NCBI RefSeq assembly: GCF_006345805.1 | Contig: NC_043000.1 | Location: forward strand, 146,382,001 to 146,446,000 | Reading direction: 5' to 3' | Source of the DNA: Octopus sinensis | Lineage: Eukaryota | Length of the DNA: 64,000 nt | Shown: piece after piece, positions 11,641 to 23,664 of the stretch | Layout: each line of letters starts with the position of its first letter | Numbering within the stretch: position 1 is the first letter of the stretch | Translations under genes and position numbers: made by a program | Notes under the pieces: model-generated | Databases searched by the model: none | Seen by the model: only the letters and a program-made list of their open reading frames with translations | What the model was told of the DNA's origin: nothing

Positions 11641-14520
11641 TAGTTTTATTTTTATTTTTATAGCGTGCTTTCACTTCACTACCGAGCGCAGCTCTGTGTG
11701 CCTTGGGTATGTGCTGTGATTTGTTGTGATGCTCTGATGGTTATTGTATGGAAAGTGTTCTGCGTAGGATGTGTGCAGTGCCTAGTAGTGCAATTTTCTG
11801 TATGTTATATGTGTTTGTAAGTCCTGGTGTTTTTGTTATGTATTTGTCTGAATATTTTTTTATCATGCCTAATGCACCTACTATGATAGGAATTGTTTCT
11901 GTTTTCAGATTCCACATTCTAGTTACCTCTATTTCCAGGTCTTTGTATTTTGAGAGTTTCTCCATTTCTTTTAGAGACACGTTGTCATCTGCCGGTACTG
12001 ATACATCAATTAGAAAGCATTTTTTTTCTTCATGGTCTCTGACAACTATATCTGGTCTGTTGGCCTTAATTTCTCTATCTGTGTGTATCGGCATATCCCA
12101 GAGTATGGTTGCTTTCTCGTTTTCTGTGACCTTTTCTGGTGTGTGCCTATACCATCTTTTTTCTGTTGTTATTCCATAATGTTGGCATAGCTTCCAATGT
12201 ATGTAAGTTCCAACTCTGTCATGTCTGTGAATATATTCCTTCTTAGCCAGGACTGGGCAGCTAGAGATAATATGATTTATTGTTTCTTGTCCATCTCCAC
12301 ATATTCTGCAGTTACTTGTAATATTTCTTTTCATTACATGTTTTTGGTAATTTCTGGTGGGGAGGCTTTGGTCTTGTGCTGCAATTAAAAATCCCTCTGT
12401 TTCTGCTTTGAGTCCTGAGCTTCTCAACCATTGCTGGGATTTTTCTTTGTCTATTTCTTTTGCGTTTAGTTTAGTCCAGTATTTACCATGAAGGGGCTTT
12501 TCTTGCCATCGTTTTATCATGGTTCGTTGCTGTTCTATTTTTAGTTTGGATTTCATTTTTTTTATAGCTTTTGTTGTTTCTTCATCTTCTTCTTCTTCTT
12601 CTTCATGTTTATTAGGTGGTATGATTTCTTGTTTGTATTTGTCAGCTTCCTTAAATACTGAGAACAGTTTTTTGTTTTGCTCGTGTTTTGCCGCTATCTG
12701 GATCAGTTTTCCTTCCTTCTGAAGTAGATATTTTTGCAGTCCTATGGTGGTTATTTTATAGTAGTTTCCCAGCTGTATAAGGCCTCTACCACCTTCTATA
12801 CGTTGTATATATAGTCTTTCTATGTCAGATTTTGGGTGATGCATCCTAGATCCTGTCATTATTTTTCTTGTTTTCCTGTCTATTTTGGTCAGTTCATTTC
12901 GTGTCCAGTTAAGGATATTGTAGCTGTAACTTATTACTGGGACAGCTAAAGTGTTGATACCTATTATCTTGTTTTTAGCATTGAGCTCTGTGTTTAGTAT
13001 TGATCTAACTCGTCTATAATATTCTTTTTTTATTTTCTCTTTCATTTGTGTGTGTTGTGTCTTATCTAGTTCATGGATTCCTAAGTATTTGTAAGTTTGG
13101 CTTTGGTCTAATTCTTTTATTTCATTTGCTTCATCTAGTGTGATGTTGTTACTCTTAACTAGTTTTCCTCTTTTCATGGTTACTTTGGCGCATTTTTGTA
13201 ATCCAAATTTCATATCTATTTCTTTGGTAAATCCATGAACTGTCTTTAATAGTGTTTCCAGCTGTTTGTCATTTGCAGCGTATAGTTTTAGGTCATCCAT
13301 ATATAAAAGGTGGCTGATCGTTTTGCCGTAACATTTATATCCGCATCCAGTTCTATTTAGCATATCAGATAGAGGTGACAGTGCCAAGCAGAAAAGGAGT
13401 GGAGAGAGCGTATCTCCCTGGAATATTCCTCTTCTAATGGGGATGTCTTTGGTTTTCATGAGTCCCTCTTTTGTTTGGAGGTGTAGGACTGTTTGCCATT
13501 TATTCATAGAGTGCTCTATGAATTTTATGATTGTTGGTGCTACTTTGTTAATGGCTAGTGTTTCGAGGATCCATGTGTGGGGGATGCTATCAAACGCCTT
13601 TTTGTAGTCAATCCAGGCCATACTGAGGCCTTTCTTCTTTCTGTGGCTGTCTTCAGTTATGGCTTTATTAATCATTAGTTGATCTTTACAGCCATCTGAG
13701 CCTTTGCGGCATCCTTTCTGCTCTTCTGGGAACAGTTTGTATTCGTCCAGGTGCTTGTTCAGCCTTTGTGATATCACTGCAGTAAATGCCTTGAACATAG
13801 TAGGGAGGCAGGTTATTGGTCTGGTTTTTCTGGTTTTTCTGTTTCATTTGATTTGGGAATTAAGATGGTTTTCCCCTTCGTGAGCCATTCAGGCATTGTC
13901 TCTGGCTCTGCTAGTACGTTGTTAAAGTTTTCAGCCAGCTTTTTGTGCATTCCTGTTAGATATTTCAACCAGAAGTTGGGGATCTTGTCATGCCCAGGTG
14001 CCTTCCAGTTGCTTAGTCTTTGCAGTGCCTGGGTGACCTCTTCAGTTGTTATGGGGGTCCAAGTTTGTTCAGATGCCGAGTTTGTTATTTTGATACTCCT
14101 TTTTTTGGTGGTTCGTTCGCCGACCATATTTCTCCCCAGAATTCTTCCAATTCTTCTGCCGTTGGTGCTGCAGTGACTTCTATTTTATTTTTGCCCAGTT
14201 CTTGGTAGAACTTTTTGGGGTCGGAGTTGAACTTTTTGTTCTGTTCAAAGAAGCGTTGGCGTTTCTCGTACCGGCGGATCCTTTGAGCTTTGGCAAGGAT
14301 ATCTTGCTTCAGCTTTTATTTTATCTCCGGCAAATCTTTTTCTGTGGTGTTATATTTGCGGAGCATTTTTGTTCTCTTTTTGTTGCTCAGTAGCGTTGCT
14401 TGTTTGCTGATTTCATTAAGAATCGACAGGTCTTTTCTAATTTTTTAATTTTGTTTTGGATGTTATTTATCCACAGGGTTTGTTTGGGTGGTGGTACTCC
14501 AGTTCGGGCGGGTTTGGGTG
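11638..14520 (-). mobile_element. 5'-truncated R4/Dong-clade non-LTR retrotransposon inserted in a (TAA)n microsatellite
   Basis: Contains the RT-RLE ORF and a ~100-bp 3' UTR. (ATT)n lies directly at both ends (11599-11637 and 14521-14612). TAA-repeat targeting is established for Dong elements. Confidence 0.92.
11741..13798 (-). CDS. Reverse transcriptase + CCHC zinc knuckle + restriction-like endonuclease (R4/Dong ORF, C-terminal 685 aa)
   Basis: QKGC, WIDYKKAFDSIPH, GIFQGDTLSPLLF, HLLYMDDLKLY, YKYLG, CRICGDGQETINHIISSC, RHD, KANRPDIVV..DVSVP..EK..KY. The upstream frame 13813-14127 (WKAPGHDKIPNFWLK...KTILIPK) joins via an apparent 1-nt deletion near 13822. Confidence 0.95.
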   Translation of the reverse strand: MFKAFTAVISQRLNKHLDEYKLFPEEQKGCRKGSDGCKDQLMINKAITEDSHRKKKGLSMAWIDYKKAFDSIPHTWILETLAINKVAPTIIKFIEHSMNKWQTVLHLQTKEGLMKTKDIPIRRGIFQGDTLSPLLFCLALSPLSDMLNRTGCGYKCYGKTISHLLYMDDLKLYAANDKQLETLLKTVHGFTKEIDMKFGLQKCAKVTMKRGKLVKSNNITLDEANEIKELDQSQTYKYLGIHELDKTQHTQMKEKIKKEYYRRVRSILNTELNAKNKIIGINTLAVPVISYSYNILNWTRNELTKIDRKTRKIMTGSRMHHPKSDIERLYIQRIEGGRGLIQLGNYYKITTIGLQKYLLQKEGKLIQIAAKHEQNKKLFSVFKEADKYKQEIIPPNKHEEEEEEDEETTKAIKKMKSKLKIEQQRTMIKRWQEKPLHGKYWTKLNAKEIDKEKSQQWLRSSGLKAETEGFLIAAQDQSLPTRNYQKHVMKRNITSNCRICGDGQETINHIISSCPVLAKKEYIHRHDRVGTYIHWKLCQHYGITTEKRWYRHTPEKVTENEKATILWDMPIHTDREIKANRPDIVVRDHEEKKCFLIDVSVPADDNVSLKEMEKLSKYKDLEIEVTRMWNLKTETIPIIVGALGMIKKYSDKYITKTPGLTNTYNIQKIALLGTAHILRRTLSIQ

Positions 14521-14546
14521 ATTATTATTATTATTATTATTGGGTG

Positions 14547-14614
<68 letters not shown>

Positions 14615-15817
14615 CATCATCATTTTTATTATTATCGATATTGTCTTCATCATCTGTCAGTATACTGTTTGTTTATATTATACATTATCCTTCTTGTGAA
14701 TCGGTTTATTGTTTCTGCAGTCATGTTTCTAACTTAATTTCCCCCTTCTTCACATTTCACAACTACATTATTTTGTTCACTTTATTCAGAGTTCTTTGTC
14801 AAGGTGGATTGTGTGTATGTGTGAGAGAGCGAGAGAGAGAGTGAGTGATATATCATTTATCCTAATTATTTTTAAAATATTCTTTTGATTGTAAAATAAA
14901 CTAACCTATTTTTTGGCTACCTCTACATTTCATATTTACTCCTGCTTTTATCTATCTTATCCTCCCTTCAACCTCTTCGTTACCCCTTTTTTTCTAAGAA
15001 CGAACATACTGAGTCCTAGCTTGATATGTGTTAACTGGAAATCTTCTTAGCCAAGGTTTTCGCGTATCAATTTATCTTAAGGTTACACAAAGATTTAGAA
15101 GTAGTAATTGAGAGAATATTTAAAGAAAAAAGATTGTTTGCAGAAATGGCGCCCGTGAGAAATAAAGCAACAACTGCGGTTAATCTCTTGCGTTCACATT
15201 CAGAGAAGAGATGTCTAACAATCAATTTCTAGCAATTAATTATTATTTGGTAATCCACTGCTAATTTGAGATGATTCCAATAACAGTTCGGCTGAAACAG
15301 TGTGGATTCTCATGTGCCTATCAAAGAATACAATTAATTACAAAGTACAGACTGTGGCAATTATGCTAGAAGCAATGACATTAGTTAATTAATATGCGGC
15401 AATTTATTTCCGAAAAAGAATTAAATGAAGTATAATGTTTTGCAAAATAATTATTGGTGTAAGACTAAAAAGAACTGAAGCTACAGCATTGATAATTCAG
15501 AAGTACAAACGGTACCGTTTGTTTGTTACGAATTTGAGGTGTGGATCAGATATCTGTCATTAATAATAACAACTCCAAAAAGGAGCCTATAGAATAACAA
15601 TAGGAATAGCAACAATAATTGTCCGATTGTTATTCTATTATTTTCATAAAAGATATTAATACTATTCTCGAGTAAAAATGAAAATTAGTGATAGTTGTTT
15701 CTTTTCGTTTTGTTTGTTTTGTTTTTGCCAAAGGACTAACACTGAAGCTAAAATATTATATCAGAAAGTTTAAACGAAGCTATATTGGAGTATACTTGTT
15801 AATAGAATACAGTGGTA

Positions 15818-16248
15818 GATATTGAAACTAGCTATATGGATTTACATATCCATATACATTTGATATACATATTGAAACTAGCTATATGGATATACATATT
15901 CATATACATTTGATATACATATTGAAACTAGCTATATGGATATACATATTCATATACATTGGATATACATATTGAAACTAGCTATATGGATATACATATT
16001 CATATACATTTGATATACATATTGAAACTAGCTATATGGATATACATATTCATATACATTGGATATACATATTGAAACTAGCTATATGGATATACATATT
16101 CATATACATTGGATATACATATTGAAACTAGCTATATGGATATACATATTCATATACATTTGATATACATATTGAAACTAGCTATATGGATATACATATT
16201 CATATACATTGGATATACATATTGAAACTAGATATATGGATATACATA
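15818..16248. repeat. 50-bp minisatellite, about 8.6 copies
   Basis: ATTGAAACTAGCTATATGGATATACATATTCATATACATT(T/G)GATATACAT recurs at 15821, 15871 ... 16221 with an exact 50-bp period. Confidence 0.97.
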
Positions 16249-17396
16249 CAATAAGATCTCTAACAAAAAGCTTTTATTCCAGCATTTATTATTCGCAATA
16301 CGAACGCTTGGAATGCTTAACTTAGTCACGAAATTATAGAAGAAATTTTGACTCATCGAAGTAAAATGTATTCAAGAGGGTTCCTCCCTAAGAAAATATT
16401 ATCGTTCAACCAATGTATTTAGTTTAAAATATAACATATCTAGACAAACTATGCACACTTATTTTGGGTAACCACAAAACAAGATGTCCTAGGCTTATTT
16501 AATCAATTTAATAGAAACAAGGCTATAAGACAACCTTACATTTTAAATGGCCGATCAAACAAACCCACATGATCCCAATAGAAGAATCTAAAAGAACAGC
16601 CAGGAGGGACAAAGTATACTTTGAAAACATGAAATTTAATTTATGCCACGGAATTTACACTGGAATGCACATTTATCTGTTTCCTTAAATTCTTACTTCA
16701 ATCAGCCTCACATGCGATGTTTTATTAAACTTACATTCATAAGTATACCAAAGGATATATCCATATTTGACGTGAGGATACCCCTGATATAATTGCTACT
16801 GCTGTAACATTCGACTATTTTATAACGGTTCAATATAGGTAAAAACAGAGGTGCTGCAAACATAAGCTTCCGGGCTTACTATGATACTTTAATGCAGGAT
16901 TTGAATAATCTTCAGCTATTTTAGGACAGTTCATGTATTGGTATGCTTAATGCTATTTTAAATTTCTTTTATTAATATATTTACCCGTTAGTCCGTTTGG
17001 GAATATGAACGACATCAAACCACACAAGTATAATATGAATCCAATTGCTCCTACCTTATCTTGAGTACAAAGAGTTTTAACATTGAAATAATTCACGTGA
17101 GACTAACACTGCTGAATATTTCTTTCTGGTATTTTGTTGTGGAAAGTAGACACTGATTGATACAAAGATTGCCACTTGAGAAAGTTATTAACTGAGAGAA
17201 TAGCTTTCGGTTGAGGAAATAAATGATTTAAAGATTGGATATCTGTTCTGTGAGCTACACCGCTAAAACTAAAATAAACGCTGGAATAGAGTAACACGTG
17301 AACTAATATTTCACTCATTCTCTCTTTCTTCCTCTCTCTCTCTTTCTCTCGTTCTTTCTTTTCTAGCTTCTCCCCACCTCTCTCTCTTCCTTTGTG

Positions 17397-17450
<54 letters not shown>

Positions 17451-18114
17451 ATATATATATATGTATGTAGTATGTATGTATGTATGTATGTATGTATGTA
17501 TGTATGTATGTATTCTCATCTTTCGCTAGTTCATAAGTCTCTATTAAGTATGCCTTGGTAGAAGTGAAGGACTTTACTTTTCGTTCACTTTCTTATTTTA
17601 GGTGTCCATGAATTCTCAACAAAGAAACACTCGACCTACATAGCCTTCAATCGAAGGCGATGTATCTGGCTGAGAGGGGGCGGCATTCATCTCTCCAACA
17701 AATGAAAGCAAGTTTTACTTTAAAGCTGCCGTTATCTGCATTGTCACGACACTGTTAAGGATATGTATATATTTTCATAGATCCAACAGTGTTACTTTTT
17801 GGTCACCGTACCCTGTTAAATGCTATCGTTGTTGTTCCGTAAATGTTTATAATCCACAACTGTAATTGATCGAGATTATTTGCAGCTAACTCCTACATAA
17901 TTATACCTAGTTTCTAGCTAGATTTCCATTAGGTTCTATATATACTTCTATGCCGTTTTATCATCTATCACCTGAAGACGCTCCTTATAACATTGCAGCT
18001 ACCCAGTACGTGTGTATCACGCTCTGTCACTATAACCCACGTGTCCTTGTGGTAAAGTAAAAAGGAAATCAATATACATCTTTATATCTACGTTTATATC
18101 TATCTATCTATCTA

Positions 18115-18145
<31 letters not shown>

Positions 18146-19384
18146 GTTTGTGTGTGTGTGTGTGTGTGTGTGCGTGTGTATGTATGTATATATATACACA
18201 CATATATATGAAATAGCTCCATGAGGTCAGAAGAGCTTTATGAATATTTTCTAGTTATTGAATCTCTTCAATTTCAGCAATTCCCATATAAAATCCCATT
18301 ATTGTTTTCAATAAACGTTTGTTTTATTTTTGTTTGTCAATAAGCCAAGATTCTATATTTGGTAACTTGCTCACTCATACACCTCTCCCACAAAATCTAT
18401 ATCTTTCAAGTATCAAATCACAGAATTGTGTCCACGAATATTCATACACTTTTCACTGTCTACCTTTACTTTGTGAACCACGTTTTGTTAAAATTACTAT
18501 TAAAATGCGAATTCCGATAACAGCTCGAACAATAAATGGCAAATGGCAAGCTCTTAGGTTACATGACTAAAGCGTAACGGTGATGGAGCCATTGGTGAGG
18601 GATATGGTCACAGATTTGATGGGATATCGATCGGAAACGTTCGCTACTAATATTCTTGACATAACCGTCATGTATGTTAATAAGGAAGACAATGCTTAAA
18701 GGAATTATTACAAGTTGGTTATTCTCTTAAATTCTTATCAAAGTAGACGTTCAAGATTCAACAGCTTTGTTTAGGGCGGTAACATAGACATAAAATCAAT
18801 CACCCGTAAAAGGAGAGAGGAATAGTGGATGCAAATTTCAAATAGATGCAAGAATGCATTGATTATTAATCATGAAAATCATCCAATAGAGAAATATCGA
18901 AATGAAATGATAGTCAGTGAATCTGAAAATGTTTATTAATTTCCCTTGGATAAATGAAAAGAAAGATCATGAAAGTTTGATAAAATCATCATTTTGGTTA
19001 TAATATCAATCTTATAAGCATATTCTATTCCCTATAAACGGCTCCACGGCTATAAAGATACATGAAGAGTGTTAGCAGATAAATCAGTAAGATTATGAAG
19101 CCAGACATTTTATAACTATGCATTGCCTTAAGGTGTAGTGAATAAGAAGTGACTGCACAAATTTCTCCTTGTAGGTACACGTAGCAAAAATTAAATGTAA
19201 TGATAATAATAATAATAAGTCATTAAATTTGTTAAGCTAATAATAATCATGTAAAAGCTTTCAAATAAAATTCCACAATGCAATTAATGTTATCAGTACT
19301 AATACTCCCAATAATACTGCAAAAACAACTACCAATAATGTCACTTTTAAGAATAATAACGGTTCTGATTGAGATACCAGAACG

Positions 19385-19555
19385 TTAACTTTTAAGAGAG
19401 CAGAGATGTTACAATCGACCTCAATACTTCACTGGTACTTTGACTGATGGATTTCGGTTGTGCGAACGTAAAATATGATGACGGTGGGGATTTGAAATCA
19501 GAATAAATAGTATTTTGTTTGACACTCTAACAATTCGGCCGGTTCCGACGCTTAG
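19385..19555 (-). mobile_element. SINE family B, highly diverged
   Basis: ACAATCGACCTCAATACTTCACTGGTAC and GGGGATTTGAAATCAGAA match family B on the minus strand. Confidence 0.5.
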
Positions 19556-20617
19556 CGTTGTTTCTGGCACTAAATGTCTGCACCAAAGGGTTTAGTGGAA
19601 TAGTTACACGGAAAACGAGTAGAAAATTTTAGGCGGGTGTTTAAAAATTCATTATGGTACGCTCACTTATTTTTAGTAATAGAAAAATACTAGAATTATA
19701 AAATATTAACGTGCAAATGGAATTAGCGGAAATATTAGAAGCTTGCAGGAAAGACAACTCAGCCGATGTGCAGTAGAGAAGTATAATCATTAATATTTTC
19801 CTCGAAAATAAGGACGAATATTGCGTTGTTCAATCTAAGATGCGTTTTCTAATGCTCAAGCACAGAAAAGGTCACTTCTGTGGTGCAGGCTGTTCTTTGA
19901 TAAGAAAACCACCATATAGCCTTTGATTAATGGTGAAAACCGCATATTAGATTCATAATAGATTTTAAGCATTTGTATGCATTCTTACACCGACACTTTT
20001 CCGAAGTATTTGACAGGTGATGAAAGCTGTACTTAAATTCTCTTTAGAAGCGAGGCAGCATATCTAAAAAACCAACTAGGTAATTTGTCAAATCCTTCTG
20101 TAAATGTGAAATCTTTGTCTAACTTTGTATCTGCCATATTATTGTAACTGTTCTGTTATAAATGATTTACATAGTATATATCTGTGTTAGATTACAGTTG
20201 TGGAAAATATTTTGAATAATAATATCTTCTATTCTATTTCCTTCGGGTTTTTTTTTTCAAACAGCGATGCAGCACGAAATTTTGTCAGGGAACAGGTCGC
20301 GGTTTCAAAGCGACGGAAATATTTTGACACACATTAAATTTAAATGTTGAAGTGAATCCAATAGCTTTGTGAGTGTTTTTTAAATGGCTTATAAACACTT
20401 TCCACGCAGAAATTGTTATTTTTCGTTCGTGACCCTTCGCCATAATTCTAATTCTATTTATTCTGCTAAACTTTCTTAACAGAATGTATAATTCTTTTTG
20501 GGGGCAAGGGGATTTTCTGTTTTGCCTTATGAGTTAACTGTTGTAAATATTTCTACAGTTTTGCTTAGTTGAGGGAACTGTGTACATATTATAGATGATA
20601 TATTCCTTATATTGTCA

Positions 20618-20853
20618 TAAGGTGGTGAACTGGCAGAAACGTTAGAACGCCGGGCGAAATGCTCTGCGGTATTTCCTCCGCCGCTGTGTTTTGAGTTCAA
20701 ATTCCACCGAGGTCGACTTTGCCTTTCATCCTTTCGGGGTGGATAAATTAAATACCAGTTACACACTGGGGGTCGATGTAATCTACTACATCCATTTGTC
20801 TGTCGTCGTTTGTCCCCTCTGTGTTTAGCCCCTTGTGGGTAGTAAAGAAATAC
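20618..20853 (+). mobile_element. SINE family B monomer with 20-bp target-site duplication
   Basis: ATATATTCCTTATATTGTCA at 20598-20617 and 20854-20873. Confidence 0.92.
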
Positions 20854-21263
20854 ATATATTCCTTATATTGTCAGTATACCAACTGGTTTTCAAATTCTTG
20901 TTTAATACATAGAAGATTTACCTCAGGCAATCGATTGCTGATTCTCTTAGGAAAGGCTGGATTTCTTTATATTAGTGGAAACGAAAAGATGAGAGAGAGC
21001 AATCAGCAATATTTACTGGTAGAGATTCCATTGCCCGTTCTGAATGGCAATTTATATGGTGTTAGGTTCTGGTATAGAATTAAATTGTATGCATATTTCA
21101 TATCATTCATATTTATCTACTACTGTCGTTTTCACTATTCTGCTACTTACTTCTAGGAGCATGGCTATCTAAATTTTCCCTGCTGCGAGTTTCCCCCATA
21201 CCAGCTCAATGTAATTTCAAAATAAATTATTCATTTATTCTGTGCATGTCATATATACATACA

Positions 21264-21326
<63 letters not shown>

Positions 21327-21438
21327 ATTTAGGAATGGTCATTTTGCCAGTTTAGCCAATAAAAACACACGCACTATATATTTGGTGTTACTTTGCTTCA
21401 GTGTTATTTATTTTTTACATTAATCTTAATCTTATTTC

Positions 21439-21483
21439 GGCCAGAGTTCTTTCGTCACACTCCTGTGACCGCATCAGTGGTCC
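21439..21483 (-). ncRNA. Variant type-I hammerhead-like motif
   Basis: GGACCA-CUGAUGCG-GUCAC(AGGAGU)GUGAC-GAAAG(AA)CUC^UGGCC. Helices I, II and III all pair; A9 is replaced by CG. Confidence 0.6.
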
Positions 21484-21559
21484 TAACCGTCAGCCATTTT
21501 GTATACAAAATGGCTGACGGTTAGTAAGGAGAGATACAAATAAGTAAGAAGAAAACAAA

Positions 21560-21604
21560 GGACCACTGATGCGGTCACAAGAGTGTGACGAAAGAACTCA
21601 GGCC
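21560..21604 (+). ncRNA. Variant type-I hammerhead-like motif
   Basis: GGACCA-CUGAUGCG-GUCAC(AAGAGU)GUGAC-GAAAG(AA)CUC^AGGCC. First helix I pair is a mismatch. Confidence 0.55.
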
Positions 21605-21779
21605 GAAATAAGATTAAGATTAATGTAAAAAATAAATAACACTGAAGCAAAGTAAAACCAAATATATAGTACGTGTGTTTTTATTGGCTAAACTGGCAAA
21701 ATGACCATTCCTAAATACAACAATATCTGTTTCAACACACGACTTCACATAAAAAATCTTGCACAACAAATATTTAAAC

Positions 21780-21838
<59 letters not shown>

Positions 21839-21849
21839 ATATATATATA

Positions 21850-21915
<66 letters not shown>

Positions 21916-22933
21916 CATATATATATACATACATATAAAATTTTTTCAGAATGAGATAAAAATAACCAAGGCTATCAATACTTTAGAACATTTATTAAAA
22001 AAAAGTCTTACAGCTGTTTCCAGGATATTTATTATATCCCTTCATCGGAGACGGTGGTTAAGCAATAGTTAATTTAGATAAGATACGAAATAGAGAGTGA
22101 AGTGGAGGAATGAAAACATATGTGAGATATGCATGGATGTTGCATTTGTAGATCTATTATTCAGGCAGAATGGTATACATATAAGATTCCAATACCTTGT
22201 GAGTAAAATGGAGTAGTATCTAAAATTGGTCATTCCAAGTATAGAGTTTGTACACAGTGCTATTGAATCAAGGGTTTTATTTAAATCGACCACTTTAAAT
22301 ATTTGACCAATTCCATTTGGCGCCTTTCTTTAGTAAATTATTAAGTAGAGCTCTCAATTCACACATGTTTGATATGTAATTTTAATCACAGTTCTCTATG
22401 CCAAGGAAAGCTTGTAATGTCACTATGTTGGTTGGGAAGCATATTTTCTAATTGTATCTGCCCTCGATGGGTCAGGTCGTCTTCCATTTTCATGTATAAT
22501 CTGTCCTAAATATTTAATTTTAAGCAAAACAAATTCACATTTCTTCTCACTGAGTGTCAAACTGTAATCTCTTATTTTTTTAAAACACACTTCACATGTT
22601 CGATATGCTGATCATGAGGGTCACTTTTTAATTAATACATCATCGAAGTATGGAATTGCAAATTGACCATCCGCCAATATTGCATCCATAAACTGTTGAA
22701 ATATCGCAGGTGTGACCTTCAGACCAAATGGCAATCTAAAATATTTGCATAATCTTCTATGCGTATTCACTGTTAGAAGTTCGAGCATTCCTCGTCTATT
22801 TTAATTTGTAGATACTCATCAGACCGTTTCGAAAATATTTTGCCACCATTTGATTTCGAAAAAATATCTTCCGTAGTATGCAATCGATAGTGACACATAT
22901 TTAGAGAGTTTTTCATTCTAGTAGATGAATCGG

Positions 22934-22972
<39 letters not shown>

Positions 22973-23181
22973 AGATTTCTATTTAACACATACTGTTGGT
23001 GCTGCCCGCTTAGAATAATCTCATTTTTGAACAATTCCCAAATTCTCCAGTCTGTCTAATTTTTCCTCTACCTACTTTATCGCAGCAAATAGTACCTTCC
23101 TATTAAGTTTCAATACAGGTATTTGAAAAAGTGGTCAGTCTTAGAACAAATACCTAATTTATGCGACAGCACTTCAGGGAA

Positions 23182-23342
23182 CAAGATGAGGAATTCTGTA
23201 CATTATTTATAATTGACGGATATTTGTCCTCATCTTGTTTGGTGTTAACACAACGTTTCGGCTGATATACCCTCCAGCCTTCATCGGTGTCTTGAGGAAA
23301 TTTCGATCTTGGGTTCTCATTCCAAAGGTATTTTTTGATGTC

Positions 23343-23409
<67 letters not shown>
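23182..23409 (-). mobile_element. Hammerhead-bearing SINE-like element, copy 1 (body + (AAT)n, head absent)
   Basis: Reverse complement of 23475-23664. Motif GACAC-CGAUGA-A-GGCUG(GAGGGUAUAU)CAGCC-GAAACGUU^GUGUU at 23246-23291. Confidence 0.8.
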
Positions 23410-23473
23410 CGTAGTGATTAAGAGCGCGGGCTACTAACCCCAGGATTCTGAGTTCGATTCCAGGCATTGACCC

Positions 23474-23524
<51 letters not shown>

Positions 23525-23664
23525 CAACAACAACAACATCGAAAAATACCTTAGGAATGAGAACCCAAGTTCGAAATTTCTCCAAGACACCCGATGAAGG
23601 CTGGAGGTATATCAGCCGAAACATTGTGTTAACAAAAAACAAGATGATGACAAATATTCGTCAA
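23408..23664 (+). mobile_element. tRNA-like head + (AAT)n + hammerhead-bearing body (SINE-like), copy 2
   Basis: Head GGCGTAGTGATTAAGAGC (A box), anticodon-like loop CTACTAA, GAGTTCGATTCC (B box). (AAT)n(AAC)n spacer. Motif GACAC-CCGAUGA-A-GGCUG(GAGGUAUAU)CAGCC-GAAACAUU^GUGUU at 23586-23630. Confidence 0.8.

Larger units (their letters stand above)
21317..21784. mobile_element. Palindromic foldback element between (TA)n runs, with a hammerhead-like motif in each arm
   Basis: Centre GTA|TAC at 21503/21504 with a perfect 42-bp palindrome (21483-21524). Arms 21317-21503 and 21504-21726 differ by about 4 substitutions and one 36-bp indel (21525-21560). Confidence 0.85.

Noticed and set aside
15081-15153. 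Possible exon LHKDLEVVIERIFKEKRLFAEMAP with a GTGAGA donor
   Set aside because: Weak acceptor, no recognised homology and no partner exons.
15818-16248. CRISPR-like appearance of the 50-bp repeat
   Set aside because: Units are contiguous with no unique spacers, no cas genes, and the context is eukaryotic.
17602-17760. Strong-looking acceptor (ttcttattttag) followed by GC-richer sequence
   Set aside because: All three frames hit stops before a credible donor.
22790-22850. CTGATGAG with nearby GAAAC on the minus strand
   Set aside because: Wrong order and spacing; stem II is followed by GAGG; no helix I or III.
23408-23470. Functional tRNA gene
   Set aside because: No acceptor stem and a weak anticodon stem; treated as a SINE head. 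The same applies to the heads of SINE families A-D.
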